NCBI GenBank assembly: GCA_965198005.1
Contig: CBDAOI010000004.1
Span: 1,152,001 to 1,216,000, forward strand
Reading direction: 5' to 3'
Source of the DNA: Spirochaetia bacterium
Lineage (GTDB): Bacteria > Spirochaetota > Spirochaetia > SZUA-6 > Bin103
DNA: 64,000 bases
The translations under genes and the position numbers were made by a program. The notes under the pieces are model-generated. The model had not been told where the DNA came from, made no database searches, and saw only the letters and a program-made list of their open reading frames with translations. Below, piece after piece: positions 40,232-49,928 of the stretch (position 1 is the stretch's first letter; each line of letters begins with the position of its first letter).

Positions 40232-40426
40232 CTACTTCTTGGCTTTGAGGTAGTCCCATTCCTTTTTGGGTGGCCCCTGCATGATCGCGCGGGCCAACTC
40301 ATCCAGCGTCGCCGGAATCGGTGTGGGCATGATCTTGGGCGGTCGCCCGGGTCCCCGCTTTGACCCGCTGGCCCCTGATTGCTGTTTGCGCGGACGGCCC
40401 CGCTCGCGCTTCGTGGTCCTCCCCAT
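40232..40426 (-). CDS. Small basic passenger protein of IS1595
   Basis: MGRTTKRERGRPRK..GRPPK (AT-hook-like)..IPATLDELARAIM. Confidence 0.5.
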   Translation of the reverse strand: MGRTTKRERGRPRKQQSGASGSKRGPGRPPKIMPTPIPATLDELARAIMQGPPKKEWDYLKAKK

Positions 40427-40479
40427 GGCGGCTGAATTACAGATTCGGGGAACTATCCCCAATGTCAAGTCGCGGTGCT

Positions 40480-41269
40480 GGTGCGGCGCGGTCGCCCGAC
40501 CGCCAAGTCTTGGTAGCGCAGGCGCTTCCCGACCATTCCTTGCGCCATGATTCGTCATTTGCAGTTCGGTGTCGCATGGCCGCTGGTTGTGCCGGCCTGA
40601 AAACTCGTTTACGTAGCGTTGGATGTGGGCAGGGCTCATCCGGTGGTAGGTACCGTAGTAGCCCCGCTTGAGCATCGACCAGAACGATTCCATCCCGTTG
40701 ACGTGCACCTTGTCGTTCACGTACTCGCCCACCGAGTGCCGCACTTGGTGCCGGTTGGGCATCCCGTCGTAGGACTGCAGATCGTCGGTGAACACGTCCG
40801 CCTCCTGCGCTACGCGGTCGGCGGCAAAGTCCCTTGCAGCTCGCGCTTGCTGGTCCCCGCTACCACGGCCGCGCTGCGCCAAGTGCCACGCGGTTTTCTG
40901 CGTGACGCCCAGGTCTCGATGGAGCTTCATGCTGGAGGTTCCCTTCAACCCCGTGGTCAGCAGGTAGAGCGCGATTACCCAGGTCTGGAAACCGAGGTTG
41001 GAACCCTGCATCAGGGTGCCGGTCTTGGCGGAGAAGTCGGTGCGGCAGGAGCGGCACCGGTAGGGCTGGGGCTTGCGCGTCGGTCGCGCCTGCACGTTGT
41101 CCGAGGCGCAGGCGGGGCACTGAACACCAGACGGCCAGCGGGTTTCAACGAACCACTGTTCGGCCGTGGCGTTATCTGGGAACCGCTGGAAGCATTCCAT
41201 GAGCGACATCCCGATCCGGTAGTACTTGCCGGGTCCTTTCTGCGGCGGCCCCCGTCCTTTCTTTGCCAT
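40480..41269 (-). pseudogene. IS1595 transposase, internally deleted
   Basis: Zn ribbon CPAC..CRSC, KLHRDLGVTQKTAW, VFTDD, HVNGMESFWS, YVNEFSGRHN; the first catalytic VEVDE segment is absent. Confidence 0.85.
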
Positions 41270-41393
41270 TACGGTAGTATTTTACCCGCCCCGGGCCGGC
41301 GGCGTCAAGCACCCTTGGGTAAAACCGTATATAATTCCCGAAGCTTACGTCCGGACAGCCTGGAGTCGATGCGCTGCGCGGCGGGGAAGTATC

Positions 41394-41645
41394 TCACTGT
41401 GGCGTATACTTCTGCGCCGTGTCGCGCGCCTCCATATGGATATCAACATCCTCGCCCCCTATTCTGACGCAGACTGATGTCGGCACTTCCTTAGAGCGTC
41501 CCGCTTGAGTCTCCACGAGGATTCGTAGTCCTCGGCCGTCCAGTGGTATCGAGAGCTGTGCGTCGGGGTTGCCGATTATCCAAAGAAGTTTCATCGGATC
41601 CGAAGTCAACAAATCCCTGAGATCACTATACGTGGCTCGCCTCAT
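41394..41645 (-). CDS. Hypothetical protein
   Basis: 83-aa ORF with AGGAG Shine-Dalgarno, downstream of the protease remnant. Confidence 0.5.
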   Translation of the reverse strand: MRRATYSDLRDLLTSDPMKLLWIIGNPDAQLSIPLDGRGLRILVETQAGRSKEVPTSVCVRIGGEDVDIHMEARDTAQKYTPQ

Positions 41646-41670
41646 CGTCGGCTCCTGACTGCCTTCCGTG

Positions 41671-42088
41671 CTAGACGTGCACCACTCGCAGCGATGGAAT
41701 ATTGGCAGCGTTGCGCAATCCACAAATAACGACGTCGATCGGGTTCAGGAGGGTGCGAGCCGGACTCCCGGCAAACAGAAGTCCTACCAGCTCATGGCGA
41801 TCGCTCAGTACCCCGCTACCGCTATCTCACATCGAGATCATCTTTGCTGTCTGGTGAGTTCTCGGCTGCAGCCTCGAAGGCTTGATCAAAGGATTGCACA
41901 CCTTGATTCTGCAACTCGTCTCGTGTCAGCTTCTGCGTTACGAACGCAGTGACGCAATACTGGGATTCCGCACTCAAAGCTCCGCCATCCTTTCGCCCGA
42001 TGGCTACGCCGTTCACGCCGTTTGCCGGATCCAAAATGATCGGCACACCGTGTCGTGCCACGAGATCCCTGGCGTCTTCGAATTTCAT
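41671..42088 (-). pseudogene. Trypsin-like serine protease, collapsed by a large internal deletion
   Basis: N-terminal VNGVAIGRK..CVTAFVTQK joined out of frame to DSGSGVL..LVGLLFAGS..NPIDVV. Confidence 0.6.
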
Positions 42089-42134
42089 TTCGTCTCACCT
42101 CCTCGCGTCGACTTGCCATGCAAACACCGCATCG

Positions 42135-43478
42135 TCACTCTGGGTATATTATCAACGGCTTGTAATGCGTGCAAGTGCCTGCTCCAATTGATGCTTGATC
42201 TCCCGGGTCAGGCGCACCCCGCCGCATGGCGGTGATCCGGCGCACGGTGAAATCGCGCCGACGGTAGCCCGCGCCGCGCCGCCCCTGCGTAGCCCATTCG
42301 CTTGCGGATCGTGGAGCAGGGCCATCGGCTTGCGGCGCAGGGCATGGATGAGATGGTGGTAGTTGACCACGTGGCGACGGCGCCCGTCGCTCCGGGCGTG
42401 TGGCACGCATCTGCCGAGTCGTGTGCCTGGACCGGTGATGGACAAGCGCCGTCCCCGGTCCCGGCCTGGGGTGCACGACTTTGAATGGGCGGCCCCCTTG
42501 GCGGCGCGGCCGTAACCGATGGGATCGAGAGATGGCGGCGCGGAAGGCCGCCTCGTCCTCGCAGGCGAGCGCCGCCGCAATCAGCACGTCCCCGGGCGCG
42601 GCGGCGAACGCCGCGTCGGCCAGGACCCCCGCCGAGACCTCGATACCCCGCGACACCAGTATGTGGCGGACCATCTCCGCGCGGGCATTCCGCACGCCTT
42701 CAATGAGCCCTTCCGCGTGGCCTTCCGCGTGGCCGCGCTCGAACCCCTGGCGCCGCTGCGAGCGCAACAGTGGGTCGTCATCCGGTCCCGTTCCTTCCCG
42801 CGCCCCCTGCACTCCGCCCACCCGCTCCAACACCACGCTGGTCCGCGCCGACGGCGCCGCCCCGTTCAGCGCCTCGTGGATCTCCGCCGCCGTCCAGCCC
42901 GGAAACGCGGGGCTCTCCGCCGCGACCCGATCGCGACCGTCCTCCAGCGGATGGATCGTCAACCCCGGTCGCCGCGCGCGCGGCCGGCTCGGCGACGGCG
43001 CGTCCGGCACGTCCACCCACACTTCCGGGAACCCCCACGACTCGTACAGCGGCAGCTTGCCGCGGCGCGCGTCGGTGGTGTGGTCCACCTCCAGCACGAC
43101 GTCGGGAAAGTCGTCCTCGCCCACCACCATGGCGGCGCCCGGCAGCCTGGCGTGGGCCGGATGCAGGTACAGGGACTCGTCGGCCTGCATGATACGGTAC
43201 GGCTCGCCGCGCGCGTCGCGCAGCAGCAGGTCCATCGAGCCGTAGCATTCGACGTGCGAACCGCGCACCCGGGCGATCACCTCAGCCAACCGCGTCAAGA
43301 GACGTGCCGGGCGCTCGTGATAGGAAGTGGTCGGCTCGCAGATCCAGGCGATCTCGGTGGTTGCGTCCCAGTACTCCAGCCGCCCTTCGAAGCGTTCGAT
43401 CGCGGCGCGCGGCAGGGGGACCGGCTTGCAGCCGGGGAACTCCGGCGGCTCACTACTCTGCGTCTGTCTTTGATGCAT
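42135..43478 (-). CDS. Uma2-family PD-(D/E)xK endonuclease; the ORF runs on past ~42510 into unrelated remnants
   Basis: GRLEYWD, QADESLY, PDVVLEVD, KLPLYESWGFPEVW. Confidence 0.75.
   Translation of the reverse strand: MHQRQTQSSEPPEFPGCKPVPLPRAAIERFEGRLEYWDATTEIAWICEPTTSYHERPARLLTRLAEVIARVRGSHVECYGSMDLLLRDARGEPYRIMQADESLYLHPAHARLPGAAMVVGEDDFPDVVLEVDHTTDARRGKLPLYESWGFPEVWVDVPDAPSPSRPRARRPGLTIHPLEDGRDRVAAESPAFPGWTAAEIHEALNGAAPSARTSVVLERVGGVQGAREGTGPDDDPLLRSQRRQGFERGHAEGHAEGLIEGVRNARAEMVRHILVSRGIEVSAGVLADAAFAAAPGDVLIAAALACEDEAAFRAAISRSHRLRPRRQGGRPFKVVHPRPGPGTALVHHRSRHTTRQMRATRPERRAPSPRGQLPPSHPCPAPQADGPAPRSASEWATQGRRGAGYRRRDFTVRRITAMRRGAPDPGDQASIGAGTCTHYKPLIIYPE
42305..42400 (-). pseudogene. IS21 IstA C-terminal fragment
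   Basis: RHVVNYHHLIHALRRKPMALL. Confidence 0.55.
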
Positions 43479-43890
43479 CCGAGTCTTCTTCCGTCGTCTT
43501 TCTTACAGCACGTTCGGCGAAGCGGTACAATTCAGTAGCGAGCGTAAAGAATCGCTTGACAATTTCCCCGGTGGGCGGCCCGCCCGGCAATAATCCGAAG
43601 TCGGCCGGGTACCGCGCTTCGATGTAGATCTGATTCATTTCATCCAGCACGTCTTCGTCCACTTGCGGATTGAGCCCCAGCGCTCGGATCGATTCCATGA
43701 GGACCCGAAGGTTGTGAATCTTCGGAATCCGTTCTCCCCGCAGTTCGAGGATCGCTTTGATTGACTTCTCAGTGCATTGGTGAGCGTGAAAGGCTGTAGC
43801 TTGAGACAGATATTAATCATCTCTTAGTTTCTCCGCTGCTCGGAGATCAACGTCCGCGAACTCAAGCCATTCTTCAGCTCGCTCTCTCAT
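43453..43890 (-). pseudogene. HEPN-domain toxin with premature TAA at 43814-43816
   Basis: WLEFADVDL..*..FHAHQCTEKSIKA..KIHNL..YIEARYP. Confidence 0.85.
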
Positions 43891-44227
43891 AGATGACTTT
43901 TCCGTAATCGTGCACGTCTTTCATGAACGAACTCATATCCTGCGTGAGTATCTCATATTCTGGTCGCGTGTATATGAGCAGGTCAAGCGGTATTCTGTTC
44001 CCAACAGCACGAACTTTCCTCAGTATCTGCAGCCGATACTCCATTCTTTCCTGATATGTTTTCGGCAGGTAGTCGGTGTCCACCACGACGAGCAGGTCCA
44101 AATCGCTGTCGATTCCAATTTCACCTGACGTTGCCGAGCCAAAGAGGATAATCTTCTTAACGGGCTCATCGTTCAACGCCGCGAGGACTTGCTGCAGATA
44201 CTCGTCGACGGAATGGCCTATGCTCAT
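43874..44227 (-). CDS. MNT nucleotidyltransferase (antitoxin of the MNT-HEPN pair)
   Basis: IILFGS..DSDLDLLVV..LDLLIYT..GKVIYE. Confidence 0.88.
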   Translation of the reverse strand: MSIGHSVDEYLQQVLAALNDEPVKKIILFGSATSGEIGIDSDLDLLVVVDTDYLPKTYQERMEYRLQILRKVRAVGNRIPLDLLIYTRPEYEILTQDMSSFMKDVHDYGKVIYERAS

Positions 44228-44333
44228 CGTAATCACTGTACACCGCGGCCGAGGGAGTGTCAACCTATCACCGTAGCTGGACACGGTCTCGATCCGGCTG
44301 GTTCCAAAGGCCGTGCGCCACGCCGGTTCGCCC

Positions 44334-45170
44334 TTATGTCGGCTCGTCCTTCGCCGCCGCCGGGCTGGCGTCGGTGTCGGATGCCGGCACCTCGGGCGGC
44401 GCGCACGACGCAGGCGTTGCCGGGGACCTTCGTCTGGCGAGCGCTCGGTCCAATGGAATGGCATGCCGGTCGTCATCGAAGCTGGATCGGCGGATGGACC
44501 ACAGTGCCGCACGCCGTCCGCGGCGGGACCGGAAGGACGCCGCCGGCTTGCCCCGTTTCTCGAAAGCGCCGCTTTCCTGGACGTTGCGCTGGAAGTTGCC
44601 CGGGTCGAGGCGCTCGCCCCAGACGGCCTCGTAGACCCGGCGAAGCTGGGCGATCGTGAACTCCGGCGGGCAGAACTTCGCGGCGAGGGCGGTGTACTCC
44701 AGCTTGGACCGCATCCGCTCGACGGCGTCCCGCACGATGCGTTCGTGGTCGAACGCCAGGCGAACGTTGCCGAACTCGATCTCCTCGACCGGCACCAGGA
44801 GCGCGGTGGCCGCGTCCCCGCCGGCGCGCGGCTTCGGCAGATCGGCGCAGATTGCCCAGTAGGCGACGGTGACCACCCGCATGCGCGGGTCCCGGTCCGG
44901 AGCGCCGTAGCTCCCAAGCTGCTCCAGGTGCCAGGATCCGTCTCGCAGACCGGTCTCCTCGGCCAGCTCCCGGGCCGCGGCCTGATCCAGGTCCTCGTCC
45001 GGCTTCACGAAGCCGCCCGGCAGCGCAAGGGCGCCCTCGAAGGGGTCTTCTGCCCGCCCGATCAGCAACACGTGGAGCGCCTCGTCCCGGATCGTGAACA
45101 CGGCTACGTCCACGGTAACGGCAAACGGCGGAAAACGGTGGGGATCGTAGCCGGATGAGGAGGTGCCCAC
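44334..45170 (-). CDS. nrtR: NrtR-family Nudix + winged-HTH regulator
   Basis: VTVDVAVF, LPGGFV..AAARELAEETG, RDPRMRVV, LAFDH, FTIAQL..YE..LDPGNFQR. Confidence 0.85.
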   Translation of the reverse strand: MGTSSSGYDPHRFPPFAVTVDVAVFTIRDEALHVLLIGRAEDPFEGALALPGGFVKPDEDLDQAAARELAEETGLRDGSWHLEQLGSYGAPDRDPRMRVVTVAYWAICADLPKPRAGGDAATALLVPVEEIEFGNVRLAFDHERIVRDAVERMRSKLEYTALAAKFCPPEFTIAQLRRVYEAVWGERLDPGNFQRNVQESGAFEKRGKPAASFRSRRGRRAALWSIRRSSFDDDRHAIPLDRALARRRSPATPASCAPPEVPASDTDASPAAAKDEPT

Positions 45171-45184
45171 GAAGGAAAAATATA

Positions 45185-45235
45185 TTGTCGAGTTGACAAA
45201 ATCAAGGGCGACCGGTATTATTGTCCAATCGACAA
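45185..45235 (+). promoter_or_regulatory. Two NrtR-type boxes (TTGTC-N5-GACAA) overlapping a TTGACA-17-TATTAT promoter
   Basis: Boxes at 45185-45199 and 45221-45235; -35 at 45193-45198, -10 at 45216-45221. Confidence 0.8.
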
Positions 45236-45253
45236 GAACGTGATGGAGGTGCC

Positions 45254-46159
45254 ATGAAAATTCCGAAGCTCGACACCGTCGCCGTCGGTTCGCCGATCAC
45301 GCGCCTGGGCGTGTCCTTCTTCCCGCTCTACTTGGCGGCCAACGACCTGCCGCCGATCGCCACCGGCGAAGCCTCGGGTCTTGTTGTCGACGAGCTCGAC
45401 GAGGCATCGGTGCAGACTCTGAGGGTGCGCAACCCCGGCGGCAGGCCGGTGCTCGTCGTCGAGGGCGAGCACTTCCTCGGCGGCAAGCAGAACCGCGCCC
45501 TGAACGCAACCGTCCTGGTGCCGGCCGGGGCCGAGCTGGAAATCCCGGTGTCCTGCCTGGAGCAGGGCCGCTGGGGTCGCCGCCAGGCTTACCGCCGCGA
45601 CGACGCGTTCGCGGCGGCCGCGGTACGCGCCGCACAGCATGCCGGCGTGGCCAAGTCCATGGGACGGAGGGCCTCTCGCGAGGGCGATCAGTCGGCGGTC
45701 TGGCACGCGGTCGACCAGATGCTGGACCGTGCCGAGGTGAACTCGTCCACCGCAGCGGCGGCCGACCTGCACCGGGAGGCGTACCGGCGCGAGCCGTCTC
45801 GGGCCACCGCGGTGGAGAAGCTCGCCGTCGCCGGCCCGCTCCCCGGCCAGTGCGGAATCGTCGTCACCCACGGGCGCTGGGTGCAGGCGATGGACCTGTT
45901 CGGTGCGCCGCACCTGCTCGCCGTTCACTGGCCCGCGCTGATCCGCTCGCACCTGCTCGAATCACCCGCCGTGGACGGCCGCCCGTCCCCCACGCGTGTG
46001 CTGGAACTCGTGCAACGCTTCTCGTCGGCGCCGGGTCAGGAGGTTCCCGGCGTGGGCCTCGGGGTCGAGCACCGCGTGGCCGACAAGCGACTCATCGGCC
46101 AGGCCCTGGCCCTCGACGGCGCGCTCGTGCACGCGGCGTTCTTCACCAGACAGCCGTGA
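45254..46159 (+). CDS. DUF6569 / ARPP-1-like protein
   Basis: VLVVEGEHFLGGKQNR..IPVSCLEQGRW, QSAVW; GGAGGT Shine-Dalgarno. Confidence 0.75.
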   Translation: MKIPKLDTVAVGSPITRLGVSFFPLYLAANDLPPIATGEASGLVVDELDEASVQTLRVRNPGGRPVLVVEGEHFLGGKQNRALNATVLVPAGAELEIPVSCLEQGRWGRRQAYRRDDAFAAAAVRAAQHAGVAKSMGRRASREGDQSAVWHAVDQMLDRAEVNSSTAAAADLHREAYRREPSRATAVEKLAVAGPLPGQCGIVVTHGRWVQAMDLFGAPHLLAVHWPALIRSHLLESPAVDGRPSPTRVLELVQRFSSAPGQEVPGVGLGVEHRVADKRLIGQALALDGALVHAAFFTRQP

Positions 46160-46201
46160 GAGAAGGACCCGACCGGGACTCATATGACATTTGTTACACA
46201 C

Positions 46202-46228
46202 CGCTTGACTCGCCTGACAAGTCAAGCG
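46202..46228. promoter_or_regulatory. Inverted repeat CGCTTGACT-N9-AGTCAAGCG upstream of the defence operon
   Basis: Perfect 9-bp arms 45 bp upstream of the HTH-helicase start. Confidence 0.55.
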
Positions 46229-46272
46229 ATGTACGACATAATTCTGGCTGAACGGTCCAACGAACTATCGGC

Positions 46273-49200
46273 ATGCGCTATCCATCCGTTACGTCAACCG
46301 GCTCGCCCGATGACGTTGCTTTCAGAATAAAGAGCCTGCGCGGGGTGCGGGAGCTCACTCAGGGGCAGTTGGCGGAGCTGATCGGCGTATCCTATGCCAC
46401 GGTCAACCGCTGGGAGAACGAGCAGTCCCGCCCGAACCAGTTGGCTTGGCGGCGCATCATCGAACTCGAAGACCAGGCCACCCACCGGATCGCAGAGCAG
46501 CCGGCGTCGTACGACGTGCGAGAGCCGCCGCCCAGCATGGACTTCGCCGCCGACCCCAACGCCGTCGCGGCCGTCGCCGAGGCCCATCGCCTTGCCTACG
46601 GGCACCTGTTCAATCCTGCGTTCGCTACGGAAACCGCGCTGATCGACCCGCTGCCGCATCAGCGCATTGCCGTGTACGAGCATATGCTGCGGCAAGCCCC
46701 GCTCCGATTCCTGCTGGCCGACGACGCCGGCGCCGGCAAGACCATCATGACGGGCCTGTACGTACGCGAAATGCTGTCCCGACGGCTCATTCGCCGCGTG
46801 CTGATCGTGCCGCCCGCGGGGCTGGTCGGCAACTGGGAACGGGAACTGCGCTCGCTGTTCCGGCTTCCGTTCCGTATCGTCGGAGGTGCCGACGCCCGCT
46901 TCGGCAATCCCTTCGTCGGGCCGGACAGCGACCTGGTGATCACCAGCATCGACACCCTGGCCGGCGAACGCATGTTCAGCCGTCTCGCGGATCCGGCAAC
47001 CTCACCCTACGATCTGGTCGTCTTCGACGAGGCGCACAAGCTGTCAGCCCATCGCGAGCCCGACTACCGGGTACGGAAGACCGACCGCTACCGGCTCGCG
47101 GAAGCCATCGGAGGCGCCGGCGCCGACAGCGGGCGATGGTCGCTGCACTGGTCGGCGCAGCATCTCCTGCTGCTCACGGCCACGCCGCACATGGGCAAGG
47201 ACGACCCGTACTACTTCCTGTGGCGCCTCCTGCTTCCGGACGCGCTCTCGACCAGCGATGCGTTCGACCAGTTCCCGCAGGAGTCGCGGCGCCGGCACTT
47301 CATCCGGCGGACCAAGGAGGAGATGGTCCGCTTCGACTGCACTCCCCTGTACCCACAGCGGAACTGCGACACCCTGAGCTACGAGCTGTCGCAGGGTCCC
47401 GGCAGCGAGCAGGAACTCTACGACGCCACCACCGATTACATCCGCTACTACTACAACCGGGCGCGGGTGCTGAACCGATCCGCCGCACGCCTGGCGATGA
47501 GCGTGTTCCAGCGGCGTCTCGCCAGCTCGACTTATGCTCTGATGCGCTCGTTCGAACGGCGCCAGGAGAAGCTCCAGGCTCTGATCAACGAGATCCGGGA
47601 GGGGCGGCTCTCCGAAGAACAGCTCATGCGGGCGCAGCGCAGGTTCGACGATCTCGACGACGAGTTCGAGACGCGGACGGCCGACGAGGATTCCAAGCCC
47701 GACGGCGACGGCGAACGTCACGAGACGTTCGAGGACTGTGCGTTGGGTGCCACGGTTGCGGCCAGCCTCGGCGAGTTGGAGGCGGAGCTTCTCAAGGTGG
47801 ACTCTCTCCTCGACATGGCGCGGAGCCGGGTCGCGGGAGCGGATGAGTCCAAGTTCGAAAAGCTTCGCGAGGTGCTCCGCGATCCGCGGTTCGGTGACCA
47901 CAAACTGATCGTCTTCACCGAGCACCGCGATACCGCGGAGTTTCTGGTGCGGCGGCTGGAGGGTCTCGGGTTCGCCGGTCGCGTGGCGCTGATTCACGGC
48001 GGCCTGCCCTATCAGGAGCGAGACCGTCAGGTGGAGTTCTTTCGCCGCTCCGTGGCGGAAGGCGGCGCCAGCTACCTGGTGGCCACCGACGCCGCCGGCG
48101 AGGGAATCAATCTACAGTTCTGCTGGCTGATGGCGAACTACGACATCCCCTGGAACCCGGCGCGACTCGAGCAGCGCATGGGCCGCATCCACCGCTACGG
48201 CCAGGAGCACGATCCGGTGATCATCGTCAATCTGGTGGCGGGTGGCACGCGCGAGGGGCGCGTCCTCAAGACGCTGCTCGACAAGCTGGAGGCGATCCGA
48301 CGGCAGCTCCAGTCGGACAAGGTGTTCGACGTGGTCGGGCGCCTGTTCGAGGGTGTGTCCGTTCGCGACTATCTGGAGCAGGCGGTGACGGAAGATGGGG
48401 ACGGCGACACCGAGCGGTTTGACGGGCGCCTGACCGAGGAACAGGTCCTGGCGTTGGAGCAGCGGGAGCGGGTGCTGTACGGGGAAGGCGGCGACGTTCG
48501 CCGGCGAGTCGCGGATCTTGCGGACGAGGCGGAGCAGGAACAATTCCTCCGGCTTCTGCCCGGCTACGTACGCTGCTTCGTGGAGAAGGCCGCGCCGTTG
48601 CTGGACTTGAGAATCGAGGGAGATCTGGAACAGACGTTTTCGCTTGCACCCCGCGGCGCCGGTGCGGCCGATGCCTTGCTTCCCGCGCTTGAGACGTACG
48701 CGCAACCGGCGCGGAATCGGCTCACGGTGTACAAGCCGGGGAGTCGGGAGCAGGTATCATGGCTGCACCCAGGCGAGCCGGTGTTCGACAGCATCTCGGC
48801 ATCGATCCTGGGCCGCTTCGGAGATCACGCCCTGCGCGGTGCCGTGTTCGTCGATCCCTGCGCAACGGAATCGTACCTGTTCCACCTCGCCGTGGCGAGC
48901 GTCATACAGAATGGAGCGGTGAGCGACGGTAGCGAGCACGCAACGGCGGGCAGACTGCTGGAGTCACGTCTCATCGGCCTTCGGCAGTCATCCGACGGCA
49001 CCGTGGAGGAGTCTCCCGTCGAGCGCTTGCTGCTGCTGCGCGGCGCTGAAGGCTACGCGCCAAGTCGGGTACCGCTTGCTGGCCGCGCTCGCGAGATGAT
49101 CCGCGCTGCAGCCGACTATGCCGGCGAGGCAGTGGCGGAGCAGTTCGCAGACGCCCATCGGCAGCGACTCAGGGCGGAGCTACCCTCCCGCGTGGAGTTC

Positions 49201-49890
49201 GTCAGTCGCGGCTTCGACTTTCAGGCAGCCGAACTTGCTGCCTCGCGAGCCCGGCTCACGGCGCAAGGTCGCGCCGGCGTCCCCGCTGCCCAGACGGAGC
49301 TGACCCGTGTAAAGGAACGCCAGCGCAACCTCACGGCCAGCCGCACGCGTCGCCTGGCAGAACTCCACGAAGAAGCGGACTCTGTCCGTACCGGTGACGT
49401 GGAGTTCCTGCTCCATGCCCTGATCGTTCCCGCAGACGATCCCAAGGAGATGGAGCGCTACAACGCCGAAGTGGAAGCCGTCGCCGTGCGGGTCGCGACC
49501 GCATATGAAGAAGCCTCCGGCGCCGAAGTAAAGGACGTGTCGCGACCGGCTCAGGCTCGGCAGGCTGGGCTCTCCGACTGGCCGGGCTTCGATTTGCTCT
49601 CCATCCGCGCCGCCAGCGAACGCCGCTGTATCGAGGTAAAAGGGCGCGCCGGGAGCGGCGGCGTCGAGGTGAGCGACAACGAATGGGCCAAAGCATGTAA
49701 CCTGCGCAACAAGTACTGGTTATACGTTGTCTACGGCTGCGCCACTCCCCAACCCCGACTGCTGCGCGTACACGACCCGTTCGGAAAGCTCCTCTTACGC
49801 AGCGGCCAGTCATTCGCATTCGTTGTTGCAGAACATGACATTATCGCTGTTTCCGAATCGACAGGAATCCAACAATATAAGCACATCTGA
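46273..49890 (+). CDS. XRE-HTH + SNF2 helicase + DUF3883 nuclease
   Basis: LTQGQLAELIGVSYATVNRWE; LLADDAGAGKT, DEAHK, TATPH, EQRMGRIHRYGQ; GFDLLS..IEVKGR. Confidence 0.9.
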   Translation: MRYPSVTSTGSPDDVAFRIKSLRGVRELTQGQLAELIGVSYATVNRWENEQSRPNQLAWRRIIELEDQATHRIAEQPASYDVREPPPSMDFAADPNAVAAVAEAHRLAYGHLFNPAFATETALIDPLPHQRIAVYEHMLRQAPLRFLLADDAGAGKTIMTGLYVREMLSRRLIRRVLIVPPAGLVGNWERELRSLFRLPFRIVGGADARFGNPFVGPDSDLVITSIDTLAGERMFSRLADPATSPYDLVVFDEAHKLSAHREPDYRVRKTDRYRLAEAIGGAGADSGRWSLHWSAQHLLLLTATPHMGKDDPYYFLWRLLLPDALSTSDAFDQFPQESRRRHFIRRTKEEMVRFDCTPLYPQRNCDTLSYELSQGPGSEQELYDATTDYIRYYYNRARVLNRSAARLAMSVFQRRLASSTYALMRSFERRQEKLQALINEIREGRLSEEQLMRAQRRFDDLDDEFETRTADEDSKPDGDGERHETFEDCALGATVAASLGELEAELLKVDSLLDMARSRVAGADESKFEKLREVLRDPRFGDHKLIVFTEHRDTAEFLVRRLEGLGFAGRVALIHGGLPYQERDRQVEFFRRSVAEGGASYLVATDAAGEGINLQFCWLMANYDIPWNPARLEQRMGRIHRYGQEHDPVIIVNLVAGGTREGRVLKTLLDKLEAIRRQLQSDKVFDVVGRLFEGVSVRDYLEQAVTEDGDGDTERFDGRLTEEQVLALEQRERVLYGEGGDVRRRVADLADEAEQEQFLRLLPGYVRCFVEKAAPLLDLRIEGDLEQTFSLAPRGAGAADALLPALETYAQPARNRLTVYKPGSREQVSWLHPGEPVFDSISASILGRFGDHALRGAVFVDPCATESYLFHLAVASVIQNGAVSDGSEHATAGRLLESRLIGLRQSSDGTVEESPVERLLLLRGAEGYAPSRVPLAGRAREMIRAAADYAGEAVAEQFADAHRQRLRAELPSRVEFVSRGFDFQAAELAASRARLTAQGRAGVPAAQTELTRVKERQRNLTASRTRRLAELHEEADSVRTGDVEFLLHALIVPADDPKEMERYNAEVEAVAVRVATAYEEASGAEVKDVSRPAQARQAGLSDWPGFDLLSIRAASERRCIEVKGRAGSGGVEVSDNEWAKACNLRNKYWLYVVYGCATPQPRLLRVHDPFGKLLLRSGQSFAFVVAEHDIIAVSESTGIQQYKHI

Positions 49891-49928
49891 CAAGACGAAT
49901 ACTGTAACAACACCAAGAGAGATACCAG

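Larger units (their letters stand above)
40100..41339 (-). mobile_element. Decayed IS1595-family element
   Basis: Ends GGGGATTATACAATCTTACCCA / GGGAATTATATACGGTTTTACCCA (rc). Confidence 0.8.

Noticed and set aside
43814-43816. Programmed readthrough in HEPN
   Set aside because: Stop is TAA with no recoding signal; simple nonsense mutation or error is more likely
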